The notes under the pieces are model-generated. The model had not been told where the DNA came from. It worked only from the letters and a program-made list of their open reading frames with translations, and made no database searches. DNA of 64,000 nucleotides from a virus (Duplodnaviria; Caudoviricetes), in the IMG/VR virus record IMGVR_UViG_3300036863_000181, positions 1,951 through 65,950 of that record, one strand, 5' to 3'. Below, piece by piece: positions 57,595 to 64,000 of this stretch (position 1 is the stretch's first letter; each line of letters starts with the position of its first letter). The translations under genes were made by a program, and so were the position numbers.

Positions 57595-59417
57595 GCCACG
57601 TTAGTTTTATAGTCAATAATTTTCATTGCCAGTGATTCAATCCACTTCTTTACTACCAATGGCACCACGCTATTACCGATGAACTTTTTCTGATCAGTCT
57701 GGTTGCCTTCCAGTTTGTAGCCTGCAGGGAAACCCTGGATAGATAGCAGTTCATGCACACGTAGCATTCGCATTTTTATATCTACCAATTCATATACAGC
57801 CATGAACTGTTTTATCTTGATCATAATATCGCTGTCCCCTTCGTAAACTTCTATTGCAACACGGCCAGATTCAACCTGAACAAAGTATAATGGTGCTTTG
57901 TCCTGTCGCGCTACGATCACACAACAGGGCTCTTCGACGCTACCAGGGTTGCCATACCATGATGGATTTACCAGGTAATGATGTTTCCGATTGGCTGTAA
58001 TCGTAGGAGCTGGCTGATCCACAGACACAGGCTTATTATCAAAGTTGGTAGGCATAATAAATGGATCGCACTGCACCAGGTTCATTTTTGGATATGGAAG
58101 GATGGCGCCAGCCGGCTGCTCAACTGACTGATGATTATGATCTCCGCTATTATGCTGTTTATCGATAAAGAATTGCGGTTGAACAAGCCCAAGCCTGTCA
58201 TTACAAGGAACCACAGGCGCCGGTTCATCTACTCCTCGGTTAAGGCTTTTGCCATTATAAATCGTAAGGAATTCAGGACTAACTAAAGCTGTCCTTGCCT
58301 TTGTCGGAATGGTTGGAGCCGGGCTTTCTATCGAAGAAAGCTGTCCACCAGTACCGTAATAATGAGTAAGGAATTTTGCCTGCGCTAAATACAATCTGTT
58401 CTGTGTTGAAATAACGGGTGATGGATCATCGACCGAAGGAGGATTATAATTACCTGCTTTGTCGCGTGAATTGTATTTGACAAGAAATTCTGCCTGTACC
58501 AGAGATTGATTACCGGCCGTCGCTATGGTACCAGCAGGTCCGTCAACCGGAATTACTTTTCCATCAGGTTTGCCACTGAAATATTTTGCAATGAAAGCCT
58601 TATCACCTTTGGCTACATATTTTATTAGGCCGGCATAGATCCTTTCCAATGTTTTATCGGAAAGTGCTTTATCACGGGTGAAAATGCTTTGCCCCTCATC
58701 CTTGAAATCAAGAACCTCTTTGACCGGCATCCACTTTTTAAGATCGCCGTACATTGAAAATGATGAAGGTTTTTTGGCATGCGTAGGCTGTGGAAAACAG
58801 ATAGGAAGCCATGGCCTGGCAAATATTCCGAATAACCGGTTACGGCTGGTATATGCACCGTAATTTGCGCTGTTGAGTTCCGTCCATTCATCGACATATC
58901 CATGACCGCAGATTAATTTTCTCCACCTCATCCAGTCCTGCCCATTCTTTTTGCTCACCGGTTTCCCGTTCTCATCGAGAGGCCCCCAGCTCATAAACTC
59001 AACAACGTTTTCAATCTTTACATAATCACAATTCAATGCTACTATATACCTGTCAAGATGATCAGCCAGCGTCCTGCTATCAGCATCGCGTGGTAACCCA
59101 CCCTTAGCCTTAGAAAAATTTGTACATTCCAAACTAGCCCATAATATGACCTTCGCATTGGGATATTTGGTCCTGTAAAAGTCTACCAGCTTCACCAGTT
59201 CGGTTAAATCTAGTGTCCTTATATCCTCTTCAAAATGTTTTACCTCCGGATGATTAGCCCAATGGCTTTTTATTGCAATAGGATCATGATTAACACAGGC
59301 AATGACTTTTACGATAGCGTTGCCATCAAGTTCCGCCTGAACAAATCCGCAGGTGGTGCCACCAGCGCCGCAAAAAAGGTCAATTACAAGGAATAAAGGG
59401 TCTTTCATCTTATACAT
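57591..59417 (-). CDS. C5 cytosine DNA methyltransferase with internal repeats
   Basis: DLFCGAGG, SLECT, ENV, RNRLF, QGFP, GNSV; about seven SxDxPAPxI repeats. Confidence 0.9.
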   Translation of the reverse strand: MYKMKDPLFLVIDLFCGAGGTTCGFVQAELDGNAIVKVIACVNHDPIAIKSHWANHPEVKHFEEDIRTLDLTELVKLVDFYRTKYPNAKVILWASLECTNFSKAKGGLPRDADSRTLADHLDRYIVALNCDYVKIENVVEFMSWGPLDENGKPVSKKNGQDWMRWRKLICGHGYVDEWTELNSANYGAYTSRNRLFGIFARPWLPICFPQPTHAKKPSSFSMYGDLKKWMPVKEVLDFKDEGQSIFTRDKALSDKTLERIYAGLIKYVAKGDKAFIAKYFSGKPDGKVIPVDGPAGTIATAGNQSLVQAEFLVKYNSRDKAGNYNPPSVDDPSPVISTQNRLYLAQAKFLTHYYGTGGQLSSIESPAPTIPTKARTALVSPEFLTIYNGKSLNRGVDEPAPVVPCNDRLGLVQPQFFIDKQHNSGDHNHQSVEQPAGAILPYPKMNLVQCDPFIMPTNFDNKPVSVDQPAPTITANRKHHYLVNPSWYGNPGSVEEPCCVIVARQDKAPLYFVQVESGRVAIEVYEGDSDIMIKIKQFMAVYELVDIKMRMLRVHELLSIQGFPAGYKLEGNQTDQKKFIGNSVVPLVVKKWIESLAMKIIDYKTNVA

Positions 59418-61953
59418 TTACCAGGTCAAATAATGTTGGTAGCTTTTTGTTATGTTCAGCTGCTTTACAATAAGCTGCTCCGTCCAAAAAATATTGATGA
59501 TTAAGTTCTATGCCTATACCATATCTGCCCTGAAGAATCGCCTCTACCGGGACGGTCATCAACCCTCCAAATGGATCAAGCACCCTATCACCGGGATTTG
59601 ACATCTGTTTAATAACCCGCTGCGCCAATTCTATCTGCATAGGGCACAAATGAAGTTCCTTACCTTTTGCATGTTGTGAACCATTAAGCGTTCGCATGCG
59701 AGTTATATCGGTCCATACCTCATCGGACCAGCTCTGTGGTTGCAGTAGCATGAAGGTTGTTGGAAGCTTACCCATGGCCATGAGTGTATCACCGATCTCA
59801 ACATGATACTCGAAATCATAAATACAGTTCAGCGAGTAATCACGGAAGAATTTGAATATTTGATTGTGATCCAGCTTCGCAATCTCTTCCGGCATCAAAG
59901 GCCTATTGCCAGATGCCCTGGTAAATCCATGAGCATCTACCTGCCATTTTGAAAGGGAGTAATCTTCTTTAGATTTTGTGACAGGAACATCTGCATAACC
60001 ATTTGACGGATCAGTAACTGGCTTGCGGAATAACAAAAGATATTCTGGCATACCCACTCCCATTTTGCTACCGTCTTTACATTGTTCAGTCCAACCTAAC
60101 CGATATGTTTGGTTATTCTCCCGCACTACATCAGTCACAATTGTTTTCATACCGATATAGGCGAACCCATGTTTAATGTAGTGATCCATTACATGCTTAT
60201 GGAATGGATATACTGTTTGAAAGCCGAGACCCGTCATTCCTCCAGGTACAATCCTGTCCTTTACATGAATGGCTGCAATCCTGCCAGGCATGAGCGATCG
60301 GTAAAGCTCAGGGGTGAGGTAATCCATTTGCCCAAAAAACTCATCGTTATTTTCGGAGTGACCAAAATCAGAATAATTTGGTGAGTATTCATACTGCGTA
60401 GAAAATGGAATGGAAGTAAGTATTAGCCCAACACTATTATCTTGTAAGTTCCGGCTTTCAATTACGGAATCATTATTGATAAGGTGATAGTTATTGCCGA
60501 CAATGGTTATTCGATCAACGCCAAAACCGCGCGTCAGGGCCTTCGCCATTTCTCCATGGCTTAAACCAAACTCTTTAATTAGGTCGGTCATTATTTTAAC
60601 TTTTTTATTGTGCTGTGACCATTTTCTTTCCAAATTTTTTCTTACCTGTCGCTCTGCTTCTGTGTAAATAAGATCAACCCGTACACGATTTTGTTGGAGA
60701 AAACGTTGCAAACGCATTACGCTTTGTATGAAGTCATTGAACTTAAAACCAATGCCTAGGTATATTGCCCAGGAACAGTATCGTTGCAAGTTGGTACCTG
60801 AACCGATCATTACAGGCTTACCGCCCAGTTCCGGAATTCGGCCATAAGAGAAATCGGCAATAATCTTTTCCCGTTCCTCTAAATCCATGGTACCATAAAC
60901 AGTTGCGCAATCAGGGAGCGCCTTTTCAATAGCATGCCTTTCCGCTTCGAGGTCATGCCAGATTATCCGGTGAGCAGAAGGATCTTCCTTCCGGAGTTCA
61001 AGCATCTTCGCTATTCGCGAAGGAAGGCTTTCACGTTTTTCCCTGGCAGCATCAACCAGGCCGACGGCCGTATTTTTGAATAACCTTTTTTGACCGTTCT
61101 TTTCAAAGCCGGCTGACGAGTGATCGCTCGGCAATTCGTGCCAGTGGATATCTAATTCGGGAAGAACATAACCTTCATCGTCTGAAGGATCACCGGTAAT
61201 ATCAGAAGGGAGGGAAATAAATAATGCCCATGAACTAACCCACATCCAAAATTCTTCTTCCTTGTGTTTATGCAAAGTGAGTTTGTCAGCCTGTGTACTA
61301 TCACGTTTGAAGAATCGGGTTTTAGCTTGGCTAACGTCCATTATCCCAAGAAAGTCGGCGTAAGCCAGCAGCTCAATATGATCATTGGGATCAGGCGTAG
61401 CAGTGGCTATAAAACGATATGGAACACACTGAGTACTGCGCCGGTTTCCATTGGGACCACCATCCCCTGTAAATAGCCGCATGAATTCGCGGAATGTTTT
61501 GCTACTTCCAAATCCACGTAGAACAGATGCCTCATCCAAAGATGCTGCCTGGAATAATCGCGGGTCCAGTTTAAGATCACGTACGGTTTCATAATTTGTA
61601 AGATAAATACCCGTTTCACCAGCTTCTTCAATTGAGCGAATGAATTTTGGTGCAGTATCCCAGCCAAGAACGTTTTTCGAATCGTTTATAAATTCCTGAC
61701 GCACACCCAGAGGACAGATGATCAATCCCCGGCCTCCCGTTTTTGTAAGAATAATGCGAAGTGTTTCAAGTTGACAAACGGTTTTATGAAGGCCAAAAGC
61801 GGCAAAACATGCTCTCCTGCCTCCTTCAACCATCCATTTTACCATCAGCTTATTGTGCGGTTTCAATGCAGGATTGACCTCTGAAATATTCAGGCTAAAA
61901 CCGGTTGAGCCGGCTATGCGTATTTTAGATTTTAAAAAGTCCTGGTATTCCAT
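59410..61953 (-). CDS. SNF2-like helicase domain fused to N4/N6 DNA methyltransferase
   Basis: GLHKT, DEAS, TATP; TSIPF catalytic motif; LDPFGG SAM-binding motif. Confidence 0.88.
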   Translation of the reverse strand: MEYQDFLKSKIRIAGSTGFSLNISEVNPALKPHNKLMVKWMVEGGRRACFAAFGLHKTVCQLETLRIILTKTGGRGLIICPLGVRQEFINDSKNVLGWDTAPKFIRSIEEAGETGIYLTNYETVRDLKLDPRLFQAASLDEASVLRGFGSSKTFREFMRLFTGDGGPNGNRRSTQCVPYRFIATATPDPNDHIELLAYADFLGIMDVSQAKTRFFKRDSTQADKLTLHKHKEEEFWMWVSSWALFISLPSDITGDPSDDEGYVLPELDIHWHELPSDHSSAGFEKNGQKRLFKNTAVGLVDAAREKRESLPSRIAKMLELRKEDPSAHRIIWHDLEAERHAIEKALPDCATVYGTMDLEEREKIIADFSYGRIPELGGKPVMIGSGTNLQRYCSWAIYLGIGFKFNDFIQSVMRLQRFLQQNRVRVDLIYTEAERQVRKNLERKWSQHNKKVKIMTDLIKEFGLSHGEMAKALTRGFGVDRITIVGNNYHLINNDSVIESRNLQDNSVGLILTSIPFSTQYEYSPNYSDFGHSENNDEFFGQMDYLTPELYRSLMPGRIAAIHVKDRIVPGGMTGLGFQTVYPFHKHVMDHYIKHGFAYIGMKTIVTDVVRENNQTYRLGWTEQCKDGSKMGVGMPEYLLLFRKPVTDPSNGYADVPVTKSKEDYSLSKWQVDAHGFTRASGNRPLMPEEIAKLDHNQIFKFFRDYSLNCIYDFEYHVEIGDTLMAMGKLPTTFMLLQPQSWSDEVWTDITRMRTLNGSQHAKGKELHLCPMQIELAQRVIKQMSNPGDRVLDPFGGLMTVPVEAILQGRYGIGIELNHQYFLDGAAYCKAAEHNKKLPTLFDLVNV

Positions 61954-62243
61954 TAGCTAAAAAGGTATTGATCGCTTTGTTTAATAATCGTCGTCTTAAA
62001 AGGAAAATCCGTTTTCGGTACCTGCTCTATCATTTCTCTCAGCACTTTTGAACCTGTCCATATAATTCGCTTCTCATCTTTGTATTCAAACCAAATTGTC
62101 AGTCTCTCCCCCGTATATTTTGATGGTTCAATTTTATAATCAAGAACCACTATTGCCTGATTCAGGATACGTTCGATTTTTATTTTGTCGCCAGTGAACT
62201 CTTTTTGGGACACGGCGATGTTGAAGTTTTTGAACTCTTTCAT
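61953..62243 (-). CDS. Small beta-rich protein overlapping the DGR RT 3' end (candidate accessory factor)
   Basis: 96-aa ORF; its stop overlaps the methylase start. Confidence 0.75.
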   Translation of the reverse strand: MKEFKNFNIAVSQKEFTGDKIKIERILNQAIVVLDYKIEPSKYTGERLTIWFEYKDEKRIIWTGSKVLREMIEQVPKTDFPFKTTIIKQSDQYLFS

Positions 62244-63192
62244 CTAATAAGGTTTTAAGTAAGGTTTTTGTATTAGCATGGCAGGCCCATCCATAATAGG
62301 ATGCTATGGACTTTCGATTTGGGCGGCGTGCCAGCATGCGACAGAAATTCTGTTTTATGCTTTTTCTGAGCTTTGTATAACCATGGTAATAAACGTAGCC
62401 AAGGAAATCAACGCCCCTGTTTTTGTTGATCGGGAATACCTGGTAATTGCCTTTCACCTGCAGGTTCAATTCTGAAGTGAGGTAATGACTTATCTGTTTA
62501 AGCAGAGTATGTAAATATTCTTTACTACCTGAGAATACCACGATATCATCAGCATAACGGAAGTAATGCTTTACCCGGAGGATTTCTTTAATCCAGTGAT
62601 CAAAATAAGTGAGGTAGAAATTGGCGAAGTACTGGCTTAGATAATTGCCGATTGGCAGACCTTCAGCACTATCAATTATTTCATCCATCAACCAAAGAAG
62701 ATCCGGGTCCTTTATCTTGCGGCGAAGTAATTTTTTCAGGATAGCGTGATCAACTGAGGGATAAAATTTTTTAATATCGATCTTCAGGCAAAACCGGGTT
62801 TCAGTTTCATTCCTTAAAGCTTTTTTAATGGCTTTATCGGCTGCATGAATTCCGCGACCTTTTATGCAGCTGTAGGTATCGGACGTAAATGTGGAAACAA
62901 AAATATTTTCCACCAGGTTCATTACCGCATGATGGACTATGCGATCAGGGAAATAAGGTAATCTGAAAACCAGCCTTTCTTTAGGCTCATAAATTTTAAA
63001 GGTGGTATAGGCCGAAGTTTTGTACGTCTTATCCAGCAGCATGCTGTTCAGTGCCTGCAGATTGAGATCACGGTTACGATCAAAGACCTTTATTCCGTAA
63101 TGGTGCTTCTTTCCCTTCCTGGCGATGGCGTCCGCCAGTTTAAGGTTTTCCACACTGCAAATCTGCTGATATAAATTTCCAAGCCTTTTCAT
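62140..63192 (-). CDS. DGR reverse transcriptase
   Basis: PKER, DRIVHH, DIKKFY, LPIGNYLSQ (DGR-type SQ motif), YADD, DFLGY; probable start MKRLGN at 63192. Confidence 0.95.
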   Translation of the reverse strand: MKRLGNLYQQICSVENLKLADAIARKGKKHHYGIKVFDRNRDLNLQALNSMLLDKTYKTSAYTTFKIYEPKERLVFRLPYFPDRIVHHAVMNLVENIFVSTFTSDTYSCIKGRGIHAADKAIKKALRNETETRFCLKIDIKKFYPSVDHAILKKLLRRKIKDPDLLWLMDEIIDSAEGLPIGNYLSQYFANFYLTYFDHWIKEILRVKHYFRYADDIVVFSGSKEYLHTLLKQISHYLTSELNLQVKGNYQVFPINKNRGVDFLGYVYYHGYTKLRKSIKQNFCRMLARRPNRKSIASYYGWACHANTKTLLKTLLDERVQKLQHRRVPKRVHWRQNKNRTYPESGNSGS

Positions 63193-63296
63193 GCCTTTGT
63201 TTAATGGGTCGCTTTCCACTATAGTACCAGCGCCCCAATTTTAAAAAGTCATTTTTTGCCAAGAGGCAAGGCCTGTCCCGCAAATCATTACTAACA

Positions 63297-63365
63297 ATTG
63301 CGCGAGCTGACGTTCGAATTCGTGTTATCGTAGTTCGAATCGTTGAACTGGAAACCTGCAGGCGA
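63297..63365 (-). repeat. DGR template repeat (TR), 69 nt, 19 adenines
   Basis: TCGCCTGCAGGTTTCCAGTTCAACGATTCGAACTACGATAACACGAATTCGAACGTCAGCTCGCGCAAT; differs from both VRs only at A. Confidence 0.95.
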
Positions 63366-63400
63366 ATGCCAACCCTTCCAGCGGGACACAACCTGTTATT

Positions 63401-63778
63401 TTACTGAATCATTAAATCCCTGTACAGATCAATGAGTTCCTTTCCTGCTTTGTCCGAAAGCGCCCGATTTACGTATGAAAGGCGCGAGCCGACGTACGAA
63501 CCCGCGTAATCGCAGTACGAACCGTTGAACCGGAAACCCGCAGGCGAACCGTCTCCTATTTCGAAATAAGGCATATACTTCCACTGATCATACTTGGTAT
63601 AATCATGGATATGGCCCTTATTCCAGTGATCGACGATCAGCATCAGTTTTGCTCCTGCTATTGCACCCTTCCTTTGTGCTGCAGGATATGCCGAGAATTT
63701 AGGGACCGCCTTATTATGATCAAGGCTCTTAGCCTTGCACGCCGCCCGATAATGTTTTTCCGAAAGTGATAGTTTCAT
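63401..63778 (-). CDS. DGR target protein 1 (125 aa)
   Basis: Contains VR1 encoding SPAGFRFNGSYCDYAGSYVGSRL. Confidence 0.92.
   Translation of the reverse strand: MKLSLSEKHYRAACKAKSLDHNKAVPKFSAYPAAQRKGAIAGAKLMLIVDHWNKGHIHDYTKYDQWKYMPYFEIGDGSPAGFRFNGSYCDYAGSYVGSRLSYVNRALSDKAGKELIDLYRDLMIQ
63479..63547 (-). repeat. DGR variable repeat VR1
   Basis: Ungapped 69-nt match to TR; 13 mismatches, all at TR adenines. Confidence 0.95.
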
Positions 63779-63780
63779 GA

Positions 63781-64000
63781 TTATGATTTTGTGTGTAATG
63801 CCTTATAATCCGCAAAGAAATATTTCACCATGTGCTGTACCCGGTCTTCCGATTTTAAAACAAAGCGCGAGCCGACGCTCGAACTCGAGTCATCGTAGCC
63901 CGAAGCGATGAACCGGAAACCCGCAGGCGAATTGTGATAAAACCAGGGAAACCATTTGTATTGGTCACTATCATCCCAGTTGGGAAAATTGGGATCATCA
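63781..64000 (-). CDS. DGR target protein 2 (5' end outside window; not in ORF track)
   Basis: Manual translation ...PNWDDSDQYKWFPWFYHNSPAGFRFIASGYDDSSSSVGSRFVLKSEDRVQHMVKYFFADYKALHTKS*; paralogous to target 1. Confidence 0.9.
   Translation of the reverse strand, partial: DDPNFPNWDDSDQYKWFPWFYHNSPAGFRFIASGYDDSSSSVGSRFVLKSEDRVQHMVKYFFADYKALHTKS
63862..63930 (-). repeat. DGR variable repeat VR2
   Basis: Ungapped 69-nt match to TR; 13 mismatches, all at TR adenines. Confidence 0.95.

Larger units (their letters stand above)
1..64000. mobile_element. Temperate tailed bacteriophage genome (siphovirus-like, probable Bacteroidota host), circularly permuted
   Basis: Terminase, portal, protease, capsid, tape measure, endolysin, integrase, repressor/cro and DnaB modules; no host housekeeping genes; attP-like site internal to the window. 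Confidence 0.95.

Noticed and set aside
9342-62475. Numerous plus-strand ORFs antisense to long minus-strand genes
   Set aside because: Shadow frames with no recognisable motifs
62140-63219. RT as group II intron, retron or Abi RT
   Set aside because: SQ motif, short length, no maturase or endonuclease extension, and a clear TR/VR adenine pattern identify a DGR
63140-63391. 83-aa ORF over the TR region
   Set aside because: Spans the non-coding TR/spacer RNA in a frame different from the VR frame and overlaps the RT start; not Avd-like
1-64000. CRISPR array, rRNA or IS element
   Set aside because: No regularly spaced repeat-spacer units, rRNA-like sequence or transposase seen

Overview
The whole window reads as most of the genome of a temperate, long-tailed phage of a Bacteroidota host (inferred from TAnnTTTG-type promoters, A-Q signal-peptide ends and gene families). 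It appears to be in the excised, circularly permuted form, because an intact attP-like site (tRNA 3' fragment with arm repeats on both sides) sits just upstream of a tyrosine integrase. Almost all genes lie on the minus strand. The early operon runs cro-like, small ORFs, Rad50-like ATPase, RecT-like. From the right end come a diversity-generating retroelement (DGR), two DNA methyltransferases, an intein-containing helicase, replication genes, packaging, head, tail and lysis. The strongest signals are (i) a DGR with one 69-nt template repeat and two tandem small non-structural target genes, each with 13 of 13 mismatches at TR adenines, no avd in view and an unexplained 96-aa gene overlapping the RT end; and (ii) a type I hammerhead ribozyme in the early operon. 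Also seen are a C4/CI-like antisense RNA element next to the repressor, clusters of sRNA-like hairpin units, and a domain shared between the head-tail connector and a tail fibre. Protein family calls come from motif recognition only; no searches were run.
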